From: Ophelia neglecta
Taxonomy: Eukaryota
NCBI GenBank assembly: GCA_965285935.1
Contig: OZ260665.1
Location: forward strand, 27,528,001 to 27,592,000
Reading direction: 5' to 3'
DNA length: 64,000 nucleotides
The translations under genes and the position numbers were made by a program. How positions within the stretch are numbered: position 1 is the first letter of the stretch; each line of letters opens with the position of its first letter. Below the pieces are notes generated by a model that worked only from the letters and a program-made list of their open reading frames with translations, was not told the origin of the DNA and made no database searches. Shown here piece by piece: positions 40,990-54,106 of this stretch.

Positions 40990-42684
40990 TCAGAGAAGGT
41001 ACTCCTGCATATTTGCAAATGCAACTGATCCAATGCTCTGATTGGACATGAGCTTTAGACACTCAGAAGTCTGGGCAATGGCAACTTCAAGCGGGGGATT
41101 CCTCTGCAACCCATAAGACTCAAGAATGGCACTGTTCAAGGCTGCACATATTGGCTCCCGTTGCAATGGATCAAGCTGAAAGCCAACTGGGCTATTCCAT
41201 GGATCAGAATATGCTAGTAGGCTGAAGGCATCACGGAGTGCTTTCTTGTTGGCCTCATTAGAACCGTATTTGTGTCTGAGTTGTTCTCCGTATGCATGAA
41301 GTTCACGGCCAAATAACAGAAGTTTTTCCACTGCTGCTTGATTTCCACCGCAGAGCAGTGTTTTGGGCTGGTCAGTCTCCATGCACATCTCTCCCATGTC
41401 TATGTCCTGGCCATTAGCTAGTGTGCCATTTGTGGTTCCATTACTAGACATTCTGCTTTCCTCACCATCAATGGCTGCCATTTCTATGTCCGAGTCCAGG
41501 TTGGTGCCCCTTGAATGAACATTGTTACCAATCCCATTCATCGCAAGATTAACATCGTTCATGTCTTCCTCGGTAAGAATATCATGAGTTGGGCGGCTGT
41601 AGTGCTGTGATGGAGGAGCCAGCCCTGAGTGTGGAACTGGGCTCATTGATGGGCTAGAACGGTTGCTGCCAACTCTTGACTTGGGGCTGCGCATTCCTTT
41701 CACTTCACCATCACACCCATTGACCATCTCAATAAATTGCCTACATTTTAGTTTAAACAGAAGATTATCATTCCTTTCTAGCAGTCCTGGATATAACCTT
41801 TGAGTTGTTTCAATTGCTTCTCCTATTCTCCCTGCCAGGATCAGCTTTTGGATCCTTTGTCGATTCTTTATGGAAGCAAGCTCTTCATTGAATGACTGCT
41901 CTGTGCTTCTGGCGAAAGACTCTGCTGTGTTGCAATAGCCGTGGTGAACAAGGTATGTGGAAACTATTTTCTGAAGAGTTGATTGCCACAATCCTTTTTT
42001 GTCCATGACTGCATAATTTTGAATTGTGCATTTCGTCTTCCTTCGCCACTCTTGCATATAATCTTCTATATCAAAAACAAACGGGCTCTGTCCGAAATTC
42101 GCCTCCACTACTTCTCCTGGAGTTTGTAGACCCACAGTTGGATACAGATTTGGTGGGAGATCATGAAAGGCAATGCCAAGGTTGACACCGTTCTTGGTGT
42201 AAAAGCAAGTGTCCTCCACAAGGTTAACACAGCATCCTATCACATCATCTGTTGAGAAGGTTGGGCCATACGGTTGGCCTGTCCCTGATGAGCAAAATGA
42301 GTGGCCGTCATCACCGTGGTAGCCATATGAATGTTTGTCCCATCCAGGTAGTCTGTTCATATTCACACCTTGTGCTGATAGGCCAATTCCCATATAACCA
42401 TCTCTTCCCTTGCTGACTATTTTCACCTCAAAATAGTATATACCACAAGAGGCTGGAATTGGGTGGGTGGCTCTCACACTAGCAGCATCTTTATGATTTT
42501 TACCTGTACCTTTGTAGTGCACACGCAAGTTATTATGCGACAGTCCCAGAAAGTTGTATTTATCTTTTGGACTCCAAGATTTTGGCAAGGGGGTCACTGA
42601 TTCATCCACAGCTGGATAAAGGTGTTTCAATCGCCAAAATGGATCCATTTGGGCAGTACTTTCAGGCGATTTACTCGCACACAT
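40990..42684 (-). CDS. RANBP9: Ran-binding protein 9/10 (RanBPM; CTLH/GID E3 ligase scaffold), 564 aa, intronless CDS
   Basis: Single ORF with SPRY ([10 protein letters not shown]...[20 protein letters not shown]...[12 protein letters not shown]), LisH ([14 protein letters not shown]), CTLH ([18 protein letters not shown]) and CRA ([17 protein letters not shown]) domains. Minus-strand AATAAA at ~40548-40553. Likely co-orthologous to RANBP9 and RANBP10. Confidence 0.96.
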   Translation of the reverse strand: MCASKSPESTAQMDPFWRLKHLYPAVDESVTPLPKSWSPKDKYNFLGLSHNNLRVHYKGTGKNHKDAASVRATHPIPASCGIYYFEVKIVSKGRDGYMGIGLSAQGVNMNRLPGWDKHSYGYHGDDGHSFCSSGTGQPYGPTFSTDDVIGCCVNLVEDTCFYTKNGVNLGIAFHDLPPNLYPTVGLQTPGEVVEANFGQSPFVFDIEDYMQEWRRKTKCTIQNYAVMDKKGLWQSTLQKIVSTYLVHHGYCNTAESFARSTEQSFNEELASIKNRQRIQKLILAGRIGEAIETTQRLYPGLLERNDNLLFKLKCRQFIEMVNGCDGEVKGMRSPKSRVGSNRSSPSMSPVPHSGLAPPSQHYSRPTHDILTEEDMNDVNLAMNGIGNNVHSRGTNLDSDIEMAAIDGEESRMSSNGTTNGTLANGQDIDMGEMCMETDQPKTLLCGGNQAAVEKLLLFGRELHAYGEQLRHKYGSNEANKKALRDAFSLLAYSDPWNSPVGFQLDPLQREPICAALNSAILESYGLQRNPPLEVAIAQTSECLKLMSNQSIGSVAFANMQEYLL

Positions 42685-43114
42685 TACTCCTTGAAACTTC
42701 TTTTCTTATACTTACAGGAAAGAGATAATAAAGCAGTATTTTTTCAGTGAAATTGCCTCTCTTATTGTCAAGTCACAACACAAAGATCTCCTCTGGATCA
42801 CAGAGCAACCGGAACCAGTTTTACGTCAGGATATGGCATGGAAAGTGTGCTAAAAATAAAATACGTTTGTGCAGATTTCGCAGACATTATTCAGTAAAAA
42901 AAAGTGATTGGTTTGATTCAATAAAATCCGACAATTAGCATACACCATAGCATACAATCAAAATTAATGACTTAACTGAAATAAAGTGGTCGAAACTTTA
43001 CGATTTGAAACTAAACGAACTCATTTCGTCTTCCGCACACAAGAAGGATTTGCACAATCGCTCAAGTCGGGTTGGACCTAACATCTTATTCACAATTTGG
43101 CTTTAATTTCTTCC
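42685..43114. promoter_or_regulatory. Bidirectional promoter RANBP9(-)/SERF(+), including SERF non-coding exon 1 ending 43114
   Basis: Divergent genes. TTACGTCA at ~42821, reverse CCAAT at ~42906, donor CC|GTAAGC at 43115. The matching acceptor is TTTGCAG at 44951-44957. Confidence 0.5.
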
Positions 43115-44977
43115 GTAAGCGTAAAATTCTTTATTTACTATGAACATTTATATCTCTACATTTTTCGAATTTTTTCTTGCTCGTAAGATTCTTCAAACTA
43201 CAGTTATTTCTGCGAGCAAGGCCTGTCTTGTCATCAGCACACATCAAAATCAACATCAACTATTCGTTCGCCCTCATTCGTTGAGGCCGAGGCATCTATT
43301 TGAAATGTTCAAATGGAAACTTTGAAATCGATGGCCATGGTATATCTTTTGCTTGCTATACTTGGTGAATTGCTTGCTATACTTGGTGAATAAACGCAGA
43401 ATAACTTTTTAAAGCTTTAGGCAGGGATCACGTTGTATTTCATTGGCAGTGTGGTAGCTGGGAAAATAGTAGTTTATATTTTTGGCAACTCAAATGTTCA
43501 GATCCTCCAGAAATATTGACTATCCAGTATTCTGAAATTATCATACTAATGGACAAAATTGTCTTATCGTGAGAAGAAATACTTTATTGTCTAAATATAA
43601 ATCCAACCAATGAGATTATAAAATACAATAGGAAGCAAACGGAAAAAGGTTAATGCTAACAGACAAAACTTTAGCACGTCTGTGAGTCCTGGGACTCATG
43701 CCCTCCAAATTTTTTAATGAATCTCGATCAATAATTTTACAATCAGACTACCATAAATTCAACAGCCTTAATTGTGGAACTGAATATGACTTGGTAACTA
43801 GACCCAAACATATACTGATTAGGCTTATTAAGTGTAGGTTTTCGGTCCCTCGAGAGAGACCTGGGCAACAAGCTTTGGTGTGCTTTAGAGGCCTGTGAAA
43901 TTTCACATTAAGCTTTCAAAACTGTGAAACTTCACACCAGGCTTTTAAAATAGAATACAAAAACAGCCTACCACCCTCAATTTTTTTATTATTTTGCTAA
44001 AATATGCATTCTTAGGTCAACTACAGTAAATGGTGTAAATATTTGCTCTTCTGCAGTAACCACCTTTTCTCAGGCTAAGGGAAAAGTGACTATTTTCCTG
44101 AGATATTTTAATGTGACATTTGTTGTAGAATACTCTAAATTTATTGAAGTATTTTTCTTTTTTAATAAACATGTGTCTCTGTTATGAATTTATATAAATT
44201 ATGTCTATAATCCAATTAAAAAAGGTGTCTTGTTTTTCACATACCTGGTTTGCAACCCAACAGAGTATGTCTCAATCAATATTAATTCTCCCCAACTCAA
44301 CTGTTATTGTTCAAGAGATTGAGCAAGTATCAAAGCGAATGCCAAAACCTGAATCCTGCATAATATATATGTCTTAATTCTCTATAACAACATTCCTGAA
44401 AGCTGCATGGGCAACAAAACTAGATAGGGTAACCCAGTTAATGTGTCCACCCTAGTTTTATGTTACTTTATCACATGACTTAAATTTCTTTGCATGACAT
44501 TGAAAAGCAGGTCTTGGTCCAATTCAATGCCACCATTAAATTATCTGTGCTTGGAAATTGCTGTAACTTACCATCATTTTAAATTACAGAAACTTTTAGA
44601 GCACATGATATGTTCAGGTTCAGGAGTTATGTTATGCTTTCAATTTTACTCTGAGCCTTTGACCACTGGTGGGGGGGAGGGGAGGGAGGAGAGGTTAAAT
44701 ACTGTATATGGGTAGCTTATATATGGGCATAGCAGTTAATCAGATGCTTATAGGTAATCATATAGGTACGATGGCCCTGATGGTTACTTCAGTTTGTCAA
44801 TGGTTCTCATTTGCTTCCACTTTATCCAGTGCCAAACAGTCTGACAGAAAAATTGGTTATACCTTATCCTGGTGGGGGGCATGCATTTCTAAAATCTTGT
44901 TACTCTTGTTGCAGTCAAAATCTATACAATTTATTGATTTCAAGTTTGTCTTTGCAGGTAGCCAGTCCAGAGTAACC

Positions 44978-45187
44978 ATGACTCGTGGAAACCAACGTGA
45001 GCTTGCCAGAGCCAAGAATCAGAAGAAGCAGGCGGATGCTAAGAAGAAAAGTGGCTCAGATAAAACCACTCTTGATGCTAAGAAGCAAAGGGATGCTGAT
45101 ATCATGAGACAGAAGCAGGCCGCTGCTCTGCAGAAAAAAGAAGGTGGGCAGCCACAGGCTGGGGCATCTGCCTCCGGGAAGAGTTAA
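44978..45187 (+). CDS. SERF2: Small EDRK-rich factor (SERF/4F5/MOAG-4 family), 69 aa
   Basis: [18 protein letters not shown]...[12 protein letters not shown] is the 4F5-family signature. ATG lies 20 nt after the acceptor at 44957. The longer ORF from 44708 runs through intron sequence. Confidence 0.93.
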   Translation: MTRGNQRELARAKNQKKQADAKKKSGSDKTTLDAKKQRDADIMRQKQAAALQKKEGGQPQAGASASGKS

Positions 45188-46309
45188 CTACAACCAAGTT
45201 TTCCACATGAGTGATCCCCAGCAAGCAACAAACTGAGGAGGATTATGTTACCCACAAACTTGAGCTATCATGGTAGTAGCTTTGTGTTACAGGAAATGGA
45301 TTCAGCCATGGGAATTCTCAGACTTTGTCACCTTTTGCAACTCATATAGACATAATATGTAAATTTTAACAGGCGGATGCTGGTTTGTCTACTACTATTA
45401 TCATTTACGTTATATGAGGACTGGACTCTATATTATATATTGCCATGTATTTATATCGTAATCTCGTGATGGGTATTATACAAAAAGTAAATACAAATAA
45501 CATGTGATTAATGGGTTTCAGGAACTTAGGAGTCTAGCACGGTTGGCATGTAAGATACAAATGTATGTATATGTCTTCACATATTAACCCAGTTTATGTA
45601 GTTTTGTTATCAAGTTTTTTAATCAATAACATATATATGTCAAACTAAGTGCTTTTAAAATGATCTTCTACATATAATTCGGTTTAAATCTTTGTAGTAA
45701 GAACAAACAAGATTCTGTCACTTTTGATAAATGTAACAGCATCGTAACCATGAACACTGTATTCTTTTTAACAGATAATTGGTTGGAGGTCTACTGCTAG
45801 GAATAAATTATTGTAAAAAATACTAGAGTAATATTGAGTTTTCTATATTGATTGAATAATAATTTTTCACATTTTTTGGAGTTATTCCCTTTATGAAACT
45901 GAGACAAAATTTACTTTTTAGGGGATGAAGGAAAAGAAATCCAAAGTGTGAAGGGTAGATGTAAAGGGTGTCAAGAAAATGTAACCGTTACATTTGTTGG
46001 GTGAGGAGGGGAGGTGCATAATTTACAACTGATCACCATATTAAACCCTATCCATCAAGACAGTTGTCACAGCGGCTACCAGCATCTGACCAACATAAAA
46101 TGTGGCAAGCTATAAGTGATATAGCTAGTATTATCCAACTCGCCAACTAGCAACCAACTGTAAAATTCCAAAGATTACATTGGTTCTGCTCAAGCTGCGG
46201 TGTCTGCTGGGCTGCACCTTGCACAGTCATGGCAGCACTGGTTGACCACCTGCTTGCTTACCAGCAACCACAGCTGGATCAAGGTTAATATCTGACCTGC
46301 TTGTTGGGC

Positions 46310-46470
46310 TTCTGAGCCAGTAGTTGGGCAGCTGAGGGTCAGCCTAACTGAAGCTGGGCCAGTGGTTAGATAGCTTTTAGCTGGCCAGGATCTGGCTGGG
46401 CCAGTGGTTAGATAACTGTGAGCTGGCTGGGATCTGCTTGGGCCAGTGGAGGGGCAGCTGTGGTAGCAGC
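46310..46470. repeat. Degenerate 42-bp tandem repeat (~4 copies)
   Basis: GCTGGGCCAGTGGTTAGATA... recurs at 46353 and 46395, with degenerate flanking copies. Confidence 0.8.
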
Positions 46471-48597
46471 TATGAGCATCAAAAATGCAACTGAATTGGC
46501 ATGTGCATTTTTGTCGCCACAATAGCTCTGACTGCAAACCTATTTTTCCATCATTAGTTCCCCTGCCAGACAACTACTTGGCAAGGGTATATACCACTTA
46601 CATTTTAATATTAATAATACAAAGAGCTTTATGCATTCCATTTAAATCGCTTTAATTAATTGACATAGACTGCCGATCAATATTGTAAAGCCGTTTTCAA
46701 CAAAATAATGTTCATAAACAACTTTTTGACTCTTTGGATATTTTGATATAAGGCATCCTGACATATCGGTACCTTACCACATAATGCAAAGACCCTCATT
46801 GACACCCTGAAGCCTGTTAAACCTTGAGATGTATTCTCTGGCAAAGTAGAATGATCAGGCTAGTGATTTCCTATAGTAGGGGTTTGAAAAAGTTGTTAAG
46901 AGACTTCAGATGTAGATTGTTCTAGGACAAATCTGATAATTAAATATGTAGACTATTAGGGGTTCAAAATGTAATCAACCCATTTTACTTATCAGTGCAA
47001 CTTTTGTTGTAAGAATATGTACTTCCTGTGTTACTTTCACAGTAATAATATCATAGAGCTATAAAGCAGTATATAATATAGAAATAAAATACTTCTGCAC
47101 AGATATATGGGTATCTGCTCCGGATGTGAGTCAATGAATATCACTTAATGAAAATAAAGAACTCGGTACAAATACATTTATAGGTCTATATTCTAACTTA
47201 AATATCCTATGGGTTGTCATATACAGTGCGAGGAACCTAGCTGCTAATGGCTATTATATATCTGTACACTCTGATGCCTGCTGAAGTTTCGCCACTATTG
47301 TTGGGAGTGAACAATAGTTTGCATCCATCACTTACTAATCACCACTCCCTCCACCCTTGTTTCATCCACCATATTCTCTTCCATGTATTCTATTCTTTAA
47401 GTTTCCTTAAACATTCCTTATGCACCAAGTTAGTTGCATTATTGAAGAGAGAAAAGCTTTTGTTTCTTCTTAATCCATACAACTAAACTTTATTTTGCAT
47501 GAATATTTATTGTGATATTAATACTTTTTCGCATCCAAATTTGCTTTTACAAATGTGTGTTACGTTTTCAAACTTTCAGCTGAATCAAATCACAATTGAG
47601 AATAATTTGCAATTTTCTGACCTCTGCAAAACCTCATTTGACCAAGGAATTCTTACAGCGAATTCTTACTAGGTAAAACTGCTTGATAAACAATCCCCAA
47701 ATCTTGATCTTTACAATGAGCATCATACACATCACATGATAAATAAAAATAAAAGATTTTAAATGCTCTACATCAACGTTGTGTGCATATATTAAGTTTG
47801 GGGTCCTCTTAAAAAACATAATGTACCACTTTTGAATATATACAGGGATAATCCCATAAAATGTCCTAAATATCTTAGGACTGGACACAATTTAAAACTT
47901 TGGCCACCTCCTTCTTGACCAATTTGGTGAGATTCAATAACCAGTAGTCGTCATCTAACTAAAGCGTGCTACTGAGGAACAATGTTGCATACACTCGCTA
48001 GATGACACCACCACTGAGTAATGCCCATCCAGCTTAGGCCGGGGTCCTCTCAAGTATTGACTTGGTTCTAGTAGTTGCACTATTCTACCAACTAAAAAAT
48101 TCACCACTCGTTCAAATATATGTACTTTTTTCTTGACCAAATTCACCCCAGTGTGATTTTATACATTCCGTTTTACATACCAATAAAAAGGAAATACCTT
48201 CGTTGTATCTGGTTTGAGGAAATAGCACGTACTACTGCAGTCTGCAACCTGTCAGTTGTGCACAGAAGACCGGCTGAAAGTCAGAGATGTGATGAAGAGT
48301 TTTATCTCTTTCAGTGATCTAGTGAGCGCATCAATTGTCAGTTTATTTACCTGCTAACATTTATTGAGAAAATGTTCTGATAGTTATAATTGAAATACTA
48401 GTTTAACTAAAATCGTAATTGATTGCCACATTAGAATCCATAATTCCATGTCTTTGAAATGTCTCTGAACTATATATCATGATATAATATAATCATCAAC
48501 TGGAAATGGTCTCTGAATAATAACCATCAACTGGAAAGTTAATCAAGGCCTATTGTGTTAGAATAGCTAGAATAGATCTGTATTAGCTCAGCAGATA

Positions 48598-48907
48598 AGG
48601 CCAGTGGGGTCAGGCGAAACACAGGAATAAGTTTTGAAATATTGAAATAACCTGAAATATCATCTAAAACCTATTGATTTTGTCGAAATAATCTCTATCA
48701 TGTTCGGTAGTTATAATATGTTTAGGCCATTTTTTAATCGATAAAGGCTTTTCCCATGACATATTTTCAACTTAACACAATACGATCTATGCCGGTCGGG
48801 TTCATCAAAATGGTCTCTATATCATCATCAAGCGCTAGGTGGCATAGATTGTATTGTGTAGGAGAAAAGCCGGCAAAATGGGTCTGGGCATGACGGGTCA
48901 CTGGCCT
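48598..48907. mobile_element. Kolobok-like (TTAA) foldback MITE, right arm internally deleted
   Basis: Termini AGGCCAGTG / CACTGGCCT followed by TTAA. Inner inverted repeat ACACAATACGATCTATGCC / GGCATAGATTGTATTGTGT. Related copy at 58110-58368. Confidence 0.6.
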
Positions 48908-49289
48908 TTAAACACATTGACCTAACGTGGTTATGCTCAACATATATCCTAATAAACAGATGGGCAGTCGGTCTTCAAGTAGGGGAATTTATCTACTGAG
49001 TGTGATCACATGCCTAACTGTGCATGATGGGTAAACTAGAAATTGCCGCCACTACCACATACTACCAGATGATGCATCCTGCAGCTGGCCTCAAAGTATA
49101 ACTCAATTAGAACTTAATTGCATAAATTTGTAAACCATTGGATTTTGTTTTTTCAGGGCTATGAAAAGATGTTGAGTCTGTAGGACATTCTCATTGAAGC
49201 CAGTGACCGTGGTGCAGCGTCAAAGAAGTCTTCAGCTCTTAGCATTTAGAAATTAACTTAAACTGATTTGCTTACAAACAACTATAAAA

Positions 49290-52200
49290 ATGGGGGACGA
49301 TCTGATCCAGGCTGTGCTAGAAACAATAGACATTGCTAAGACACAGCGAATGCAATTGGCTAACAGACTGGATTCCTTAGAAGAAGCAAAGAAACAGGCA
49401 AGCCATCAGTTTTTCCATTCATATTTCATTCTTTTCACAAATTTCAAAGTATGCACCTATTTTAAAATATGTATCGCCATCCATTGTGTTGAAATTTCTG
49501 TGTGTGGATCATGCTTGTATAGTCAATATAAGTCTCTTTTTTTGCCAGTACCTTATATTTCAGTATCTTTTGCACCATTGTCTTTATACTGTTCATTTCC
49601 TCTGCACTGCTGATCTTAATGTTAATTATATATTTTTTATTCCGAGTGCCCCCCCCCCCCCCCCCCCCCCCACCCAACAAAAAATCAAGAGGAATCTCTT
49701 TCACCCATACAACACTAACTTGCTTAACCAAGTTACACACTTTGACATTGTCAGCGTAAAATTCTGGTTTTTGGTATGGAGTGATAAAGAGTTCACTGTT
49801 TTAACCATATTCTGGTATTGGCACTATGCATTCTCATTTTTATCACATTCAGTAAGTTTAGTATATGCAAGTCACATAAATCATGGTTATTAGGAAAATA
49901 ATAAACACAATTTCTCATTCAGATTGAAAGCAGTGCACAGACTTCTCGTGAAAAACTTCAGAAGCACTTTGACCACCTCAAGTCATGTATAAACAAGGCT
50001 TTGGATGATCGACTTAAAGAACTGGTTTCCCAGGTAGAGCACATACAGATATAAAGATTGCTTAACTGAATGCCAAGAAGAAAATAAAGTATTGCATGCA
50101 CATCTATGTTTGTTTATAGGATGTGATGAAAGTTTAAAAAAACTACAGGCTACATAACCCCATTTTCATGAAAGTAGACGTGTGGACCCCATTTTTCTAC
50201 AGCCAGGGGCCCTGGCTGTAGGAAAACAATTTTTTGTACAGTATATTGCCAACACCAATGGTCAAATATGAAATTGGGGTATAAAAAATACAATTAATAA
50301 TGTGAACTATTAAAGTACATATACCTTTCTGAACAAATCACAATTCAAGTGGGCATCAATGATTTTTTTATCCCTTCTATAGGTGGATGAAATAGAAAAC
50401 AGTGCCATTGAGCCCTTACAGGAATGTGAAGAAGTCATTGTCAAGGGGTCTGCTGAAGCCATGCAAGTTCTCAAAGATGGCAAGTTAACTCGAGCCTTCT
50501 TGTCCTGTTTTTCTTTAAATGGAGTATAAAGCATGTATTTTATACCATTGTCTTATTAAACATAAGGTGATAATCCTTTATTTGGTTGTTGACAATGTAT
50601 TTTAAGTCATTCAATGACAGTAATACTAAATGTTTCCTTTCTTTTTTTAGGGAAGAAAATACTGATGGGTGACCATGAAAAGTCAGAAGATATCATGAAT
50701 GCATTCAATAATAGGCCAAATGAATTAGGACTAAATAAGTAAGATCTCAATATATTCTAACGTCACAATGAAATAACTTGCACTCTACAGTGCTCTGATT
50801 GGCAGGGATATGTTCATTGCAAACATATGAAGCACCACACTGAGGTTGGAGTTACCATCACATGTAAAGTACATTGGCTGAAGACCCTGGGTATGGTCCC
50901 ATGTAAAGTACATGGACAGGAACCCTGGGTATGGCCACATGTAAAGTACTTTGACAGGTGACCCTGGGTATGGTTACATGTAAAGTACTTTGACAGGTGA
51001 CCCTGGGTATGGTCACTTGTAAAGTACTTTGACATGTGACCCTGGGTATGGTCACATGTAAAGTACTTTGACAGGTGACCCTGGGTATGGTCACACATGT
51101 AAAGTACATGGACAAGTAACCCTGGGAATTGTCACATGTAAAGTACATGGACAAGTAACCCTGGGTATTGTCACATGTAAAGTGCTTTGACAGGTAACCT
51201 GGGTTACCATCACATTAAGTAGATAGATAAGTAACCAGGGTTACTGACACATGTTAAGTAGATGGGTAAGTAGCCAGGGTTACCGTCCCATGTAAGTTAC
51301 ATGGCTAAGGTACCCCGGTTACTGTCATATATAAATTACGTGAGCAGGTAACCTGGGTTACTGTTATATGTAACTTCATAGGCAGATAACCCTGGGTACC
51401 TTCACATGAAAATTACATGTACAGGTAATTCAACCTTCAACTCTACATCTTTGAAACACTTCCTATTTAAACTGAAGATCTTTAAAAAGTGCCGGTAATA
51501 TTTTGGTATCCCTATCACTTCACAAGTATCGGTATCAGATCGGTTCAAATCAAAGAGTGTGCAGCCATACATGTAATAAAGATACATAAGCAGGTAACCA
51601 AGATTATGATGTGGTGCTTTATATGTAGAAGAGGGCTTGCAATTTCATGCCTATTGGTAACTTTCTCAGAAATAATGTGAAAGTCCTGGTCAAAAACAAT
51701 GTTTAAACCCACTTAGTTATTAGATATGGTAAATGCTTATTTATTATCAAATGTGAAATATTTATTTAAAAAGTGATCAGTCAGGTAAATTTTGTCTATT
51801 TCAGAGTACCTGAGGTGCCTAGCCTTGCAGAGGTGCCCTGCGTATACATAGATCTGCCCCGAGATACCTGCATGGCCGAGGCCCAGCTGATGGAAGCCAT
51901 CAGGGACTACGGGAGAGTTATACCCAAAGCTCCTGTCCAGATCGCTGAGGTTCAAGAACAACCGGGCAGCCTCCGCATCAAATGGTGTATAGTATGTACC
52001 ATAGTCACAGGCTCAGATCTGGAATAAATTGAATACATTAAAAATGTTTCTGTTTGATGAAGATGGAATATGTATCAAGTTCAAAATGTAGCTAAAGTTT
52101 ACGTTTAGCATGTTAATTTATAGTATTAAAGGAGGAACTTGATATTATATTTTTAACACTATTTAACTATTACTATAGGTGATTGTATGATGACTGTGAT

Positions 52201-54106
52201 TGTGATTTAGAAGCCGTTTGTTTATATCAATGATACAGGGTTTTTGGATTTCATTGTCTTTCAGATGGAAGATGAGCACTCATTGGACCTAGATGAATTC
52301 TTGCTAGAATACTCTGCTGGGTCTGTCAGATCATATGATGACATTCCAAATAACACCTTTAAAGCTGCGTACCAGGGCCCAGCCACCAGCCATGTTGTCA
52401 GGCACCTTGTTGCCGCCAAGTCCTACACGTTCAGGGTATGTGGTCGAGTGGAGGGAGCACCCACTTGGAGCCCTTGGAGTATACCCTTTACAGCTCTTAC
52501 TTCTGTCCCTCATCATCGTAAGTATTCCAGTGTCACTGGTCACTGGTCTTTGCCCAGTGATATCCTATAAAAACGACTGGTTTGGAGACAATTACCACAC
52601 CGTCTGAACTGTTAAACATAAAATAAATACATCCTAATAACTAGATCCAGTACCATAATTTTTCTATATACAAGTAAAATAATACTTGACCAAATAGAAT
52701 TTGTGCCAATAGCAATATGAGGATGAATAATTTATCATGTAAAACTATATTTCATACGAAATCTAATTTTTGTACATGCATTTTGTGTCCGGCCAACTTC
52801 ATACCCTGCAGTAAATTGACATTTGGGAACAATGAATAGGGGTATCTACCTGGTGGTACTGCAGCATACAAAAGGTGTCCTCAAATTGCAAGGGGACATA
52901 GATTTTGTATGGATAACCCGAATATCTGGATTATGGGGATCCAGATATTGGGGCCAGTACTTTACTGTCCTTTATTAATAAACTGGAGGGGCCAGAATAA
53001 GCTATTAATTTTTTGTAAATTTCAGAATGGAAAGAAGATTCAACCAAAGACTACAGTGTAGGTATAGAAAACAAGACAGCTGAAAAAATCACAGACAAAG
53101 ACTCGTTATTGTACTCCAGGACCAGCTCGTATACCTGTGGCCATACAGTAGTGTTCAAAATACATGAAACTGGAGAGATGTGCTCATCTGATGGAATAGC
53201 TCTACTCGCCAAAAATAAGGGCAATGAAAGTGACCTCTTGGGTCCCAGTTCAATCTTTGTGGCTGCTGAGGGTAAGTCTGTTGTGTATTTATAGTACTTA
53301 TATTAACAGTGAGCAATGGTGTCTGTGTAACAAACCCGCCTTTAACTGGATGTTTATTGTAAAATAGAGCCTAGTCCATTTATTACTAGTACAGATCAGT
53401 AAACAACTAAATGAATAGAGATGTTGGGGGGGGGGGGGGGGGAGGGGGGTCAAAATAGTATAGTTTTGCATTAAGGTATAGAAGTTGTAAATTAAAAGGG
53501 GATATTCCATTTTATAATCCCCTAGGGAAGAAATTGAGTAGGGGGGGGGGGGGGGGGTAGTTATTCAAATATTGAGGGGTAGGGGGGTGGAGGGGTACTA
53601 ACAGATCATTTCCACCCCCAAAAATAAATTGGCTTTAAGGAATTTTAATTTGTACACAGATACATGGAATGGGTAATTGTCATAATATACTCTGGTGGTT
53701 ACTGTCCCAAACTTGTAACAAACTGCAGCTGAGATTCTTCTGAGCCTTTGTAAGCTTTCTACAATTCCTGACAAATTTCATGAAATTGCAGTTCCTTAAG
53801 ACCATATAAACATTTTTCTCAACAGGCAGAGTTTACATGAATGGCCAAGAGAAGACTACGAGGTTACCGTCGCTATCGCGTGGCTCGGTGCTGACATTAG
53901 ATACAGAAGTCTTGCAAAAAGACAAGGTGCGAATCACTATTGACATCGACGAGCGTAATGTTATATTTGACTGGGTCCTAGACAATGAAGGTTCCGAGTC
54001 CCAGGCAGCCTTAATGGGGTTCATGAGCGAACCATCACAAAACCAAGTCTCTATGTACTTTGCAGCAAAGTTTACAAAACCCAACTGGAAAATAGGGGTT
54101 GAATGA
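49290..54106 (+). CDS. CRLF3: Cytokine receptor-like factor 3 (coiled-coil + FN3 + SPRY-like), 456 aa, 8 coding exons
   Basis: Exons 49290-49397, 49923-50033, 50383-50479, 50651-50738, 51805-51991, 52265-52517, 53026-53271, 53826-54106 (1371 nt, open). Motifs VPEVPSLAEVPC, PVQIAEVQEQPGSLRIKWC, YTFRVCGR, WSPWS, LYSRTSSYTCGHTVVF and VIFDW match CRLF3. Introns 1 and 3 use GC donors. Confidence 0.93.
50858..51410. repeat. ~39-bp minisatellite (~14 copies) in CRLF3 intron 4
   Basis: Unit GACCCTGGGTATGGTCACATGTAAAGTACTTTGACAGGT; homogeneous at 50920-51090 and more divergent to the right. Confidence 0.93.

Noticed and set aside
43349-43390. 21-bp perfect tandem duplication in SERF intron 1
   Set aside because: Real but an ordinary slippage duplication with no evident function.
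44708-44977. Hydrophobic N-terminal extension of SERF (159-aa ORF)
   Set aside because: It lies upstream of a strong acceptor at 44957, and the family-conserved start MTRGNQR begins at 44978.
45185-45250. Stop readthrough (TAA-CTA) or SECIS after SERF
   Set aside because: UAA is the least leaky stop, the extension is short and featureless, and there is no in-frame UGA or proper SECIS core.
46190-46573. 127-aa minus-strand ORF with TTGPA repeats
   Set aside because: Explained by a 42-bp tandem repeat; non-ATG start and no recognisable domain.
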